From the NCBI GenBank assembly GCA_951406725.2, contig OX597835.1, positions 5,580,001-5,644,000 of the forward strand: DNA of 64,000 nt. Direction: 5' to 3'. Both the position numbers and the translations under genes were made by a program. Below the pieces are notes generated by a model, which saw only the letters and a list, made by a program, of their open reading frames with translations, did no database searches and had not been told where the DNA came from. Position 1 is the stretch's first letter; each line of letters begins with the position of its first letter. Origin of the DNA: Octopus vulgaris (Eukaryota). Shown one piece after another: positions 39,489 to 53,826 of the stretch.

Positions 39489-39819
39489 TGGAAGCACTGG
39501 AAGCACTCCGTCGGTTACGACGACGAGGGTTCCGGTTGATCCGAATCAACGGAACAGCCTGCTCGTGAAATTAACGTGTAAGTGGCTGAGCACTCCACAG
39601 ACACGTGCACCCTTAACGTAGTCCTCGGGGATATTCAGCGTGACACAGAGAGTGACAAGGCCGGCCCTTTGAAATACAGGTACAACAGAAACAGGAAGTA
39701 AGAGTGAGAGAAAGTTGTGGTGAAAGAGTACAGCAGGGATCACCACCATCCCCTGCCGGAGCCTCGTGGAGCTTTAGGTGTTTTCGCTCAATAAACACTC
39801 ACAACGCCCGGTCTGGGAA
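39489..39819 (-). mobile_element. 5'-truncated SINE family C, inverted
   Basis: Reverse complement of about 38890-39213; TSD acaaacatatg on both sides. Confidence 0.92.
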
Positions 39820-40046
39820 CAAACATATGTTCCCCCCTCTCTGTCTCTCTCTCTATATATATACATATAGAAAGACAGACAGACTAATGGAAAAACTGAC
39901 GGTGACAGAGAAAAAAGACAGGGATATAAATATACGTATACTTATATGTATGCATATTATACACACACATACATGCATATATACTATATGTATTTAACCA
40001 CAAATACGCATAAACATATACATATATACACATATATTTATATGTG

Positions 40047-40080
<34 letters not shown>

Positions 40081-40122
40081 ATGATAAATCTCAGAGCGAG
40101 TTATAAACAGTAGCGGTAACAC

Positions 40123-40337
40123 ATCGTGACGCATATTTGCCATTTGAATATGGCTAACCTAAGGGTGGATGCTACTGTAGTTTGTAGCCCCAGGAAGATA
40201 TCTCCTCCAGCTGGCTATAGACACACAGATAATGTGTCTATAGCCAGCTGGAGGAGATATATTCCTGGGGCTACAAACTACAGTAGCATCCACCCTTAGG
40301 GGTTAGCCATATTCAAATGGCAAATATGCGTCACGAT
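40123..40337. repeat. Near-perfect ~215-bp palindrome (~103-bp arms, 7-nt loop)
   Basis: atcgtgacgcatatttgcc...ctatagacaca-cagataa-tgtgtctatag...ggcaaatatgcgtcacgat. Confidence 0.95.
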
Positions 40338-41379
40338 ATATATATATATATATAAATATAAAATTCTCGTTATTATCAGATACGTTGTATATTTTTGCAT
40401 TTACATCTTAATCACTGTCACTGATTTAAGTAAGCCATTTTGTCAAGAAATAAAAACATATCACAACAGCAGAATTGAAATCATGACCCCGGAGTTCAAT
40501 ACCTTGTATATTTAACTACCACATCATTGCACGACCATTTAACAGAAATAATAATAAGAAGAATATCAAAAGTAAAACAAGGAATTTTTATTAAGCTGAT
40601 AATCAAATCCGTTCTATTCCGAGCGCAAAGAAATAAAAAAATGAGGATGTATTTCAAAATAAGAATTGCATTATTTATTATATATGAATTCTATGTAAAC
40701 AGGAATTGAATATATTTGATGCTGATATGAATGTAACGAAATAATCCAGAGGGAAATTGGTAATAATTTTTGCGAATTCCGCCATATTTTTCACAGATCC
40801 AATATAATAAAGACAAGCAAACTGCTTTGATACGATAGAGAATTAAAACTGTTGAATATATTACCTTAGGGACGCGTTTATCACGTGGAATGAAATAAAG
40901 ACAGAACAAAACTAAATGTAGAGCGACGAGTCTTCGAAAATAAACATTGTTTTTCATATTATTGCAGCAGAAGGAAATTTGAGGGAAATATTTATTTTCC
41001 CCAAATATGTATTCCTGGAAAATAAATAAACTTGAACAGGTTATTTTGGGATTCACAAAACAGGGTCAGATTAAAAGCAAGAAATGACAGTCGATTATTA
41101 ATAGGAAACATCTATTATAATTCTAGGTTCCATTGTTAGTATTGTTGTGGTTAATTTCAATAGCAAATTCCTCTGTGAAAGCATCATGTATGGCCCTTGG
41201 AGAAAAGAGTGATTTTTGTTTCTGTTAGAATAAAATATTATGTTTACATACTCACAGAAACATACTCACACACGCGTATATATGTAAGCATATAGATATA
41301 TGTATGTATAAATATATATACGTTCATATACTCGTGTATAAGTGTATATAATATATATAAACTTATGTATGCCTCTGCA

Positions 41380-41393
41380 TGTCTATATATGTA

Positions 41394-41443
<50 letters not shown>

Positions 41444-41484
41444 TATATATATGTATGTATATATATATATAAATATATACATAC

Positions 41485-41570
<86 letters not shown>

Positions 41571-41591
41571 ATATAGACATACACACACACA

Positions 41592-41639
<48 letters not shown>

Positions 41640-41650
41640 TACATACACAT
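41380..41650. repeat. (TA)n, (CT)n and (CA)n microsatellites
   Basis: Direct reading. Confidence 0.95.
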
Positions 41651-42183
41651 ATTCAGAATTCTCTCGAGACTCTGAAATACATGTCAATGCATTTATCAAT
41701 TTAAGAATGGAAATAAAAATGCTCAGGATTGGGAATTGATGATAGGGCAGCGTGTATAATTTGTATGGGAATACAAAAACACACACAGATGTATGTACAA
41801 ATATACAAATATCAATATATACGTGTGTGTGTATGGTGTATGTGTGTGTGTGTGTGTGTCAGCGTGCGTGCGCGTGTGGATGTGTAAAGAAAGATATCAG
41901 AGCGAGTTAAAAGTATACGAAACCCCGGCCTCAGTGCTTCGAGTTGGAGATATGAATTAAAACGGTACTTACGTCTGTGAACGCAAAGATAATTCTTTAT
42001 TTACGTCTCTGATATAAAGCATCTAATGAACCCAAAGGATTCTTTATCTGTGAGGGAAAGTGAGAAAATATAAATATCCACCCCCATCCGCGCAAAAAAA
42101 AACCAGGTCCATTGTGTATGTTCTTTCAATTATTCATCCAAAATCGTATTTTGCATATATTTACACGACCTTATAAAGGAACG

Positions 42184-42187
<4 letters not shown>

Positions 42188-42225
<38 letters not shown>

Positions 42226-42280
42226 GGAGAGATAGACAAAGACAGAGAGAGTTAAAAACATGGAGTCATACATAGATAGG

Positions 42281-42356
<76 letters not shown>

Positions 42357-42384
42357 CAGATAGGTAGGTAGATAGGTAGATAGG

Positions 42385-42427
<43 letters not shown>

Positions 42428-42476
42428 GTAGATAGGTAGATAGGTAGATAGGTAGATAGATAGGTAGATAGGTAGG

Positions 42477-42519
<43 letters not shown>

Positions 42520-42522
42520 GTG

Positions 42523-42555
<33 letters not shown>

Positions 42556-42616
42556 GTAGGTAGATAGATAGGTAGGTAGGTAGATAGATAGATAAATAGA
42601 TAGATATATAGATACA

Positions 42617-42650
<34 letters not shown>
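42188..42650. repeat. (GA)n, (AGAT/AGGT)n and (ACAT)n arrays
   Basis: Direct reading. Confidence 0.95.
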
Positions 42651-42653
<3 letters not shown>

Positions 42654-43550
42654 ACACACATTAATGTATATTAGCATATGTATATATAACTGTAATTGTA
42701 CGTTAGAGTGTATATCAGTCGAAAAGTTGTGTTAACAACAAACAAGATGAGGACAAATATCCGTCAAATGTAAATAATGTAAATAAAGTCGAGTTTATTT
42801 CGGATATTCTCATTTTAAAAATCATCTCCGGTCAGTCGTTGAGAGGACGTTGGTGTTGCTTGAGTGCTCTTGTTATTTATTGATTCCAACAGCTTAAATA
42901 CTATCGACGGTGTCTCCGTCAATTCCCGTTGGTATTTTCCACATTAAATCGCTGTTTGCCATCAATTGAAACCTTCGTTTATTTAATCAACATCTTACCA
43001 TTAACAATATCCTCGATTTCTGCCGCTAATTAGCTAACATTTTAACTTAACGGCATCACTTCAACTCCTTCAAGCATTGTTAACGAGTGATTTGCTTTTT
43101 ACAATTAACATCACTTTGTCTCTATTCATGCATATACACACATGCACACGTACACACTCAATCACGCACATACACACATTTATGTATATTAATATCAGAT
43201 GCTTGTGCTATAATATGTGTGTGTGTGTGTGTGTGCATGGTCGAAGAAAACATTTCATGTGTATGTGGGTAAAGAAGTCTTGTAGTGGACATAAAGTTGG
43301 CAATTTGTAAAGAATTTAACCATTACCAGAAAACATTGATACTTGGAATTATTCCCCTCAAATATTCTAAGAAAACTAACTAGAATCTGGTTAATACGTT
43401 GGAAGTGTTTATCAAAAATTGAAATACAATTAACAATTCCGTCGTCTTAAAGAAAGGCAGGTGCATCGAACAACGTGCTTTAGCTTTGAACAATGTCAAG
43501 ATAGACACTAACGACTGATTTGGGACACATAATATACGTACGTACATAGA

Positions 43551-43584
<34 letters not shown>

Positions 43585-43997
43585 CATACATCTAATCCAG
43601 TGATCGGGTGATCCACAATTCAAAGACTGAATCTACAGATCTTATTGAAAAGAATAGCTAACGTGCACCAAGCTCGTTGCCATATTCTCATAATTCTTTA
43701 AAGGTAAATTTAAATTATTTTTACAATCTAATGGATAGGTGTAGCAACAAACTGTAACATTTTTCTTGCTTCGTTCGGATATTTTGCGTAAAAAACAACA
43801 GTTGTGCTCCTTTATTTATCAGTTCTTGAAGAAATATTTGAATATGAAAACGGTCGCGCAGCACGTAAGAGGTTGCTATTAACAACAACATTAACAACAA
43901 TATCTGCAACAACTTCAGCAATAACAGTAATGATAAAAATGTCTGAATATGTATGTTTATACGCCTGCATATGCGACCAGGTATAAGCGTATAATAT

Positions 43998-44032
43998 ATA
44001 TACGTACGTATAGATACTTGCACACACATATA

Positions 44033-44077
<45 letters not shown>

Positions 44078-44139
44078 GTACGTATAGATACTTGCACACA
44101 CATATACTTTTATATATATGATATATAAATATAGATATA

Positions 44140-44184
<45 letters not shown>

Positions 44185-44185
44185 G

Positions 44186-44218
<33 letters not shown>

Positions 44219-44232
44219 TTATATATATATAC

Positions 44233-44312
<80 letters not shown>
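43998..44312. repeat. (TA)n field containing a ~40-bp direct duplication
   Basis: tacgtacgtatagatacttgcacacacatatactttta occurs at about 44001 and 44075. Confidence 0.9.
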
Positions 44313-44317
<5 letters not shown>

Positions 44318-45105
44318 TATAGAGTGAGGAGCACGGATACGCATATACGCCCATTCACACAAACACTATTATGTACATATATAACAGATATACATATAAT
44401 TTATTTTCCTTCCTTGTTGTATATTTCTTCTGTTTGCAATATATATTTCAAGTATCCATCTAAACCAAAACTACTTTTTTTTTTGTAGAATATGATTCTT
44501 TGAACATCTATTTTTGAACATTTGAGTTTACATCCTTATATTCTCCCGCAGCCGACGCACAATTCCACGTGCATTTAAAACCTTAATGCTGTTCTCCATG
44601 CAATATTTAACGATCTGATCCCGAAAAGATTTTCTCGTTCTCCATTTAATCATACAGTGGGATTGAACCTGACACCATGTAGTTGAGAAGCAGACTTCTT
44701 ACTACACAGCCACGCATTATTTTATTGTTCTTTAACAATAACAGTATTGAAAGAGACTTCAAAATTTCGGCCAGCTAACCCGTCATCGGAAAGTATTATT
44801 CTTGTTGAAGAATAATAAATTTGAGCTCAACAAAAGTATGGAGTAACTTCTCAGATTAATGTAAAATTGTTTTTATTATAACTGGACATAAAAACAAACA
44901 TTAATACATACATACATACAGACAGACAGACACACTCACACACACATATATATAAATATGACCATTCCGAAATATAACAATATATATATATATATATATA
45001 CATATTAATATACTCTTTGAATAGGCCTAACACATGTATATACGCGAAGACGTACCGAGATATCCCGTGTGTATGTGGGTATTTGGTGTGTCTATTTGTG
45101 TTTGA

Positions 45106-45137
<32 letters not shown>

Positions 45138-45517
45138 GTGTGTATGTGTGTGTCTGTGTGTCTCTGTGTGTGTGTCTGTGTGTCTCTGTGTCTCTGTGTG
45201 TATTTCTCTCTATAAACTCAATTATAGCAACCTTCTTGAGATATGAACGTAATCAACATTAATACACTTATATTCCATTATGTCGATATGAACGAAATGT
45301 TGGTTTCCGCTTTCTCTAACAACCTAACCTTACCAAACACTGCAGCAGAATCTAATAAAGACTATCCACCACCACCACCATACCAACAACAACAACAACA
45401 ACAATACCACAGCAACAACAATACCACAACAATAATAATACCACAAGAATCATATTTGACACTCGACTTAGTATCCCAACACCAAACAATACTTCCATTT
45501 AGATATATCACATTTTG

Positions 45518-45742
45518 TCTTCTTCTTCTTCTTCTTCTTCTTCTTCTTCTTCTTCTTCTTCTTCTTCTTCTTCTTCTTCTCCTTCTCCTTCTTCTTCTTC
45601 TCCTTCTTCTTCTTCTTCTTCTACTTCTCCTTCTTCTTCTTCTACTTCTTCTCCTTCTCCTTCTCCTTCTTCTTCTTCTTCTTCTTCTTCTTCTCCTTCT
45701 TCTTCTTCTACTTCTTCTTCTACTTCTTCTTCTTCTACTTCT

Positions 45743-45774
<32 letters not shown>

Positions 45775-45797
45775 TTCCAATTCTTCTTCTTCTCCTT
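45518..45797. repeat. (CTT)n array
   Basis: Direct reading. Confidence 0.97.
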
Positions 45798-46378
45798 TCG
45801 TTTGGTACTTCCATTGATACTCGCATGTATTCTTTTATTTAATTCAGTCGATCGTCTGCAACTTGTAACGCGTCTCGTGTCTGTCTCGCCACAATCAATA
45901 CGTCTGTAAGAATTATTCTGACAATCGATAAAAGGTGGAATCGGTATTGGCGGAATCGGTAGAGCATCGGGCGGCAGACAAATGTCTTGCCGTATTTATT
46001 GCGTCTCTTTTACATTCATTCTGACGTGAAATCTCGCTGAAATTTCAGGTCGCCTTTTCCCCTTTTATGTGACTTCAATCGATAAAATGATTCACTATTC
46101 AATCATTGGGTTCGATGTAATTAACTGCAGATATGTCCCAACAACAGCATGATACGCTGCACCAGCCCAGCAATAAGTAGAGACTAATTCACCGCCCAGC
46201 CACAAATGTTCCAACTACAGGTGATAGTAAATCACTTGTTGGAATACAGTGCTGCCAATCCAATGGTCTCGTCTATCTGCAACACACAACACACACACGC
46301 ACACAAACGCATACACATACACACACAAACACACACACATACACACAAATATCCTACTCTATTCTTCCTTCCACACAT

Positions 46379-46779
46379 AGGCGCAGGAGTGGCTGTGTGG
46401 TAAGTAGCTTGCTAACCAACCACATGGTTCCGGGTTCAGTCCCACTGCGTGGCATCTTGGGCAAGTGTCTTCTGCTATAGCCCCGGGCCGACCAATGCCT
46501 TGTGAGTGGATTTGGTAGACGGAAACTGAAAGAAGCCTGTCGTATATATGTATATATATATGTGTATGTGTCTGTGTTTGTCCCCCTAGCATTGCTTGAT
46601 AACCGATGCTGGTGTGTTTACGTCCCCGTCACTTAGCGGTTCGGCAAAAGAGACCGATAGAATAAGTTCTGGGCTTACAAAGAATAAGTCCCGGGGTCGA
46701 TTTGCTCGACTAAAAGGCAGTGCTCCAGCATGGCCGCAGTCAAATGACTGAAACAAGTAAAAGAGAGTAAAAGAGAGTA
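46379..46779 (+). mobile_element. Full-length young SINE family A
   Basis: Near-identical to 32889-33299. Confidence 0.93.
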
Positions 46780-46831
46780 TTCTATCCTTTCCTCACACAT
46801 ACACACACACACTCACACACGTGTATTTATA

Positions 46832-47181
46832 CACAGGGTTTCTCAGAAAGATTTACCCATTGATATTTCTTAATTATTCAAAATAAACTGAAGGTAGGAT
46901 AATGAAATTTGGTACACACGTTCTAATGTAAATTCTCAATCCATTGCAGTAATTACATTTCAAAATTACCACCGTTCGCCTTGGTCATAGCCTGCAAACG
47001 AGTGGTCACTGAGTTGTACGAGCGCCGTACCAACTCTTCCTCCAACTTGAGCCATGAAGACCGAAGGGCTTTCTTCAGATCTGACACATTTGAATAGGAG
47101 GAGCGAGCAGAAATATTATTCTCTAAGACTGACTAGATAACAAAGTTCATAAGATAGATGTCTGAACTTGAGGGAGACCAG
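46832..47181 (-). mobile_element. Tc1/mariner-superfamily transposon 3' remnant with terminal repeat
   Basis: Manual translation WSPSSSDIYLMNFVI*SVLE...DLKKALRSSW...RLQAMTKANGGNFEM* carries WPPxSPDLNP-like and GGxFE motifs. Terminus TA|cacagggtt. Confidence 0.85.
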
Positions 47182-47921
47182 GTGTGTGTGTGTGTTCCTC
47201 TTTACCCGCAAAATATAGGATGGTCTGAAGTTAAAGAAAAATGTGACTTACCCCGTGTGCTGCGCAATGGGATTGAACTTGTGATCTCGTCGAAGCAAAG
47301 CGGGCCTCTTCCACATTCCATCTTATTGCAACTATACACACACACATACACACAAACATTTACATATACACACATATATGAATATATGTATGAATGTAGG
47401 TGTATATATGTTTGTATAAATAGATATACGTATGTATGTGTGTCAGCGTATGTTTGTGTGTGTATGTATGATGCATACAGAAACGCGCATGCGCGACTCA
47501 AATGTAGGAAGAAGAAATCCTAGGAATGTTGACATGCACGCATGTTTTCCAAATTGTAAACTAATTAGAAATGGCGGATATGACTTCAGACATTACGGAT
47601 ATGAAATCTAGTTAAACAATATAAAAACGTCATCACATGATTCTAATTATCGCTGATAATTGATTTACGGCCGTTAACAATTCGGCAGATTTTAATTAAA
47701 TCCAATAGCAATATGTATGTATATTCATTGTTGATATTTGTTAAAATGTGAAAAGTTAGGATATAGTTTAAAGTTAATCTATCGTAAACTGAAGCTATGT
47801 CGGATATCAAATTTTAAGAAAAAACAAAGAATTAAACAATAAAATTTTAAACATGCAAATAATAAATTCATATCAATTTATTCGGTTATCGTATTAGATT
47901 TCTCACTCAACCATTACTTCC

Positions 47922-47985
<64 letters not shown>

Positions 47986-48034
47986 ATCTCTATCTATCTA
48001 TCTAACTTTCTCCCTCTATTGATATGTATATATT

Positions 48035-48162
48035 GGCGCAGGTGCGACTGTGTGGTAGGAAGCTTGTTTGTCCGGGTTCAGTCCCAGTGCAAGGGAACTT
48101 GAGCAGGTGTTTCCTATTATAGCCTCGAGCCAACCAAAGCCTTGTGAGTGGATTTGGTAGAT
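48035..48162 (+). mobile_element. Diverged SINE family A 5' half, joined to a LINE fragment
   Basis: ggcgcagg...gggttcagtccc...ccttgtgagtggatttggtaga. Confidence 0.8.
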
Positions 48163-48895
48163 CCAGGAACAGGAGATTGCCACAAAGTCTCTGGTGAACA
48201 AGGAAGACAGTGATGAACTAGTAATCCCAAGGTGCAACTGGATGTGTAGGCTATGCTATGTTTCTGTGGAAGACATTACGCATGTGATTAGCAGCTGTCC
48301 TAAAATGTTGTCACGGCGCTACCTCCTTATATACAACACTACCTCCCTATATTCGACACGATGTTGTTAAAACAATTTACAATGCCATCTGCAGAAAAGA
48401 CTGTCCTGAAATAAACTTAGAAAGTCCTTCCGTTATGGAATACATTCATAAACACCAACTCAAGGAATACTAGTGGAATATTCCCATCAAAACCTCTGTC
48501 AAATGTAAGCATAACAGGCCGGATATCGTTGTTTGGGACAGGGAGGCAAAATTATGTGCCATCATAGAGGTTAGCTGCCCTGCAGATAGAAATATCGCTT
48601 TGAAAATCAAACAAATATAGGATATCTATGGACAACGGCTTCGAAACCACCAGGTTCTCTATCCAGGCTATGAATTCATATTCATACCAATAATAATTGG
48701 AGCATTTTTTCTTGTTAGTAAATGCTTAAAGGAGATTCTGGATAAACTGGGATTTTCAGAAAGAGAAAGTGACCGGCTGATTCGTAACTGGGACAGTAAA
48801 AATATGCAAGACTTTTCTCAAGTTCGACATGTGAATTTATCTGTGTTAACTACATCCCAAATATGGAGCCTTGTATCTTTGGCGGTCCTATAAAA
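48160..48895 (+). mobile_element. CRE/R4-like RLE LINE 3' fragment
   Basis: IQEQEIATK...CRLCYVSVEDITHVISSC...RHDVV...NRPDIVVWDREAKLCAIIEVSCP...IPIIIGA...GTVKICKTFLKF, with stops and frameshifts. Confidence 0.88.
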
Positions 48896-48959
48896 AAGGA
48901 TGTGTGCACAAATACGTATACATATTTGTATGAATATATATATATATGTATATGTATAT

Positions 48960-49125
<166 letters not shown>

Positions 49126-49371
49126 TTATTATTAATATTATTTAAAACAATTTGATTTGGCCCCATGCGATTGAAAGTTTCACAAGACTCTAACAGAATT
49201 CCGAAAGAGACAGGCCTCTGCCAGAGACCAGCGAAACTTTAGATCGCTTAGAACTGAATGAAACTGTCTTATATAATACATGTAACTCCTACTGAACGTG
49301 TTGAGTGCCCTTTTCTTTAGTTTCTCCACTCGTGTGTGTGTGTGTGTTTTGAGAGATAGGTAGCTAGGTAG

Positions 49372-49404
<33 letters not shown>

Positions 49405-50698
49405 TGTATGTATGTATGTATGTGTGCACACTCGCACACACTCACTGATGCACACATCTCTGTCAAACAGACGTTTTCTTCCTCATCCAAAGAAATTACC
49501 AAAGAATAATAGAAACGTCACAATGTCAAAATGAAAAACTACCAAAAGAACAGTGAAACCAGATATAAAAAAAAATGTAGTTTTTTTTTTCCCCTCATGC
49601 TTCAATAAAACAACAGAGTTATCTTTTCTTTGCTTTTGTCTTTTCTTCTGATGTATAACGTTATTTGCTACAATTTTTCTTTCTTTCTTTTCTATAGACA
49701 TTCACATCAACTTACACAGCGCAAGATTTAGTGATATCTCTACAGCGGGAGATCTTTTTCTTCAAAATAAACGACGTGAAACACATGTTTGCAATCAATA
49801 ACTCCGATAGATGTTTATTTTACAAGATATCTTCGTCTTTTATCATTGAAGATTGGTGAAGTAACTTGTTGCGGTTTTTATGACCGTACTTTGTCAGTTA
49901 TTACATACAGAATAACGGCGTATTTCTAATCGAAATCTTTTGGCAACCACACAACAGTATAGACATGTTCACTTTTTCTCTTCAGCCATCATCTCAGAGT
50001 CTGGAGATTTGCCAATTCTTGGCAGAAAAAGGATTTGTGCAAGGTTAAATATTAGTTGGAATTACTGTAAAACAAGTCTAAATCTGTAGCACCAACAGTG
50101 CAAGTCCTATCCACAAGCAATGCGCACGTGTACCTACATATGTATGCATATATATGAATACAAACATACATACACACAAACTCACACACACGTACACATA
50201 CACGCATATATATATATATATATATGCATAGATATCAGTACATTATACATATATATGTGTGTTTGTGTGTGTATACGTATACATACATGTATGCATATAT
50301 ATATATATATATATATATGCGCACATACATACACATATATAATGAATTCAATACATGTATATAAAAATAACAGTATATATTGTACGATATATATATGTGT
50401 GTGTATGTGTGTGTGTGTGTGTACGTGTGTGTGTGTGTGTGGAGAGAGAGAGAAAGTGACAGATAGATAGATAGATACGTGTATATGTTGTATATATATT
50501 GCAAATGTACACATAATGAAGACACTCTCTTACATACATACATGAGACACATACATACTTACATAGACATATATATAAGAATATACGTGTGTATATATGA
50601 ATACACACACACACACATATATATATTATATATATATATTTATGTGTGTATAAAGATAATTGTATATGTTACATCTATATACACACCCACACATAATC

Positions 50699-50754
<56 letters not shown>

Positions 50755-51549
50755 CAAGATGTGGCTTTTTTCAAAGGTTTCATTGATGTTATGATAAGAG
50801 AAGAGATAATTGACTGCCACCAAATAAGGTTTCTTATTATATCTTCTCACATGTAAAAGTATATGTCTCTAGATTGGTGTCTATTAATACACCAGCACAG
50901 AAACACACCCACACGCATGCACACATACACACCACACACGCATACACAGACACATATACATACGTATACATATACTGTTGCATACTTCCATTCACACAAG
51001 CACACACTCTCACTACCGTCTCCATATCTGTAGGAAAATTATGTGACACACAGAAATGAAAATGTAAAAATGTACAAAGGGAATGGCTGATGCGTAGCTG
51101 TCATTTTCGCAAAACTATGAAGAAGCGCAAGCATTATCGCAACCGAGGAACTGCTGATTACAGACACGCAAAAACACACACGAACACTCACGGTCATACA
51201 TACAATAACTACTAATTAAGATTATATCTCTGGGAAATAATTAAAATCACTAATTCAATTATTCAAGCCACGAACGTTGAGAGCAAACAATCCTGAATTC
51301 TTAAATGGTAAAAATTAATTAATAAAAATACGAAGCAGTTTTCCGTCATATTAGACCTCATCAGCGAGAGATGTTCATATTCCAGTGATAACTGCAACGC
51401 TGTGCAATGACTTACGTGATTAAAGACTGATGGATGTGATTCTTTTGAAGAATGACTGAAGCCATATAACAAGGTCACCCCTCCCACTCTTCGATGAACA
51501 CGTGATTTTAACATTGGTGCCCCCCCCACCCCTGTTTAATATATGTAGT

Positions 51550-51765
51550 TAGAGCTGGCACAATCGTTAGCACTCCAGGCAAAATGCTTAGCAGCATTTA
51601 ATCAGTCTTTATGTACTGGGTTCAAATTCTTTCGAGGTCAACTTTGTCTTAATCTTTTTGAGGTCGATAAAATAAGTACCAGTTGAGTACTGGGGTCGAT
51701 GTAATCGTCTTACTTCAACACCCGAAATTGCTGGCCTGGCCTGGCCTTGTGCCTAGAATAGAAAG
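51550..51765 (+). mobile_element. Diverged SINE family B
   Basis: gagctggcacaatcgttagcac...gggttcaaattc...gtcgataaaataagtaccagtt. Confidence 0.8.
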
Positions 51766-52355
51766 TAATACAGTTAGCTGAGCTATTTAAATTGAAATTA
51801 CACCTCCAGTGTAACTCTTAATCCTCATTAACGAGGATGCAATTATAATTTATTAAATTCCCTTGAAACACCATACTAGCCATCCTAGTAATTACGTTAG
51901 TGTTACAGTTTCATGATGTGCGTTTCCTTCAATATTTTTGAGAACTTCAGTTTGGTTCGCAAATGTGAAGAATGTGTACCTTGCTTTACGAGGTGTATAT
52001 TAGTAGCTGCTCTGATGCTCGTGTTTCGTGGTATTATACAAAAAACTCGGCGGACAAAATATTTAGTGGATGGTTTTCAGGTTCAAAATTATGTGTATTT
52101 GTGTTTGTGTATGTATGCGTGTAGGTGTGTGTATGGGTGGATGGATGGATATATGTATGTACCTATGTAAGTATGTATGTATGTATGTATGTATGCATAC
52201 AGATATACGTATGTACGAGAGCATGCATGAGCATATGTATGCATATATGTGCGTGTGTGTGTGTGTGTTTGTACATCAATACATAAAACTATGTATAACT
52301 AAATGAAGAATGTAATATGCAAAGTCATTTACATATATATATATATGATATCTAT

Positions 52356-52720
52356 AGGAGTGGCTGTGTGGTAAGTAGCTTGTTTACCAAGCACATGGTT
52401 CCGGGCTCAGTCCTCCTGTGTGGCACCTTGTGCAAGTGTCTTGTACTATAGCCTCGGGCCGACCAAAGCCTAGTGAGTGGATTTGGTGGCCGAAAACTGA
52501 AGGAAGCCCCTCGTGTATATATGTATGTGTGTGTGTGTGTGTGTGTTTGCTCCCAGCCTTGCTTGACAAGGTGTGTTTACTTTGTGGCTTGTCAAAAGAA
52601 ACCGGTAGAATAAGTACTGGGCTTCCAAAGAATAAGCCCTGGGGTCGACTTGCTCGACTAAATGCGGTGCTCCAGCATGGCCGCAGTCAAATAACTGAAA
52701 CAAGTAAAAGAGTAAAAGCA
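52356..52720 (+). mobile_element. SINE family A
   Basis: Head, CORE-like segment, TG tract and tail are recognisable. Confidence 0.88.
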
Positions 52721-52725
52721 TAAAA

Positions 52726-52777
<52 letters not shown>

Positions 52778-52779
<2 letters not shown>

Positions 52780-52926
52780 TGGAGTAAACACATAAATGTG
52801 AAACAAGGTGGGAAAAAGAGTACTGAAATACCAGTGGTAGAGTAAAATGTTTTATTTAAAGCAGCAGAAAATTCAACAAAACCTGTTACTCTGAGCTTCC
52901 CGTTGCCGTTCATCGGACAGTTTTTA
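52778..52926 (-). mobile_element. Short (TA)n-adjacent repeat with a degenerate hammerhead at 52883-52920
   Basis: ctgt-CCGATGA-acggcaacgg-GAAG-ctcagag-TA-acag. A related truncated copy lies at 56450-56580. Confidence 0.55.
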
Positions 52927-53542
52927 GAATAGAACCGATATCGATATAATTGTGTAACAAGTGCAGGAATTTACTGTTATCAGGTAATAATGATAGCGGC
53001 TCCAGTGTCTCTGTTTAAATCTCTGTTCCACAATACAATCCTGCCGACGGCATTAAATTTCTACAAAGGTTCATCAACTGAGTTGAATGCCAACCAATTG
53101 GATGATATAATTTCTTCGCTAAGATTATGAATTCTATGAATATTGACACTTTACAAATTGTAAAGATCTGCAGAATCTCCTCTGGAGAATTCTGAAACAA
53201 AATTTATGCCTATTCGAACTCAAAAGGATAAAATATTTCGTTTCTTTCTCAGATCGCCAATTATGCTTTATGCGTACTTTTTGGGACGAATTTTCGCCAC
53301 CTTCAATGGTATCATGTGGATTGTGGTGGTGATGGCAGTAGTGGCGGTGGTGGCAGAGATGGTTGTATTGATGGCGGTGAGCATGACGATAATTATGATT
53401 ATAATGGCGATGGTGGCGGTGATACCAATGATCACTATCATCATCAACATTATCACATTCATCATCGAGATCTCTTCCACAATAAATATATTACACACTG
53501 TTGTGTGAGAAATATATTTGTGCATGTGTGTGTATATGTATG

Positions 53543-53579
<37 letters not shown>

Positions 53580-53787
53580 ATTGCGCATATACATACATGA
53601 CCCACACACACACTGACCCACACACATGCGCACGAACAAACAGAAAAAACGAACAGTCAACGATTATTGAAAAAGGCTATAAGATGCGACGAAATTTTTA
53701 GGTAAAATAACTGAGTAAATGAGTGGAAACATGACCCGTGAGTGTGTTAAATTATAAGGCACTAAAAGAGAATGACTTTCAGCAGAG

Positions 53788-53826
<39 letters not shown>

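Noticed and set aside
53206-53508. Hydrophobic 100-aa ORF resembling a membrane protein
   Set aside because: It derives from a degenerate (GGT/GAT/CAT) trinucleotide tract.
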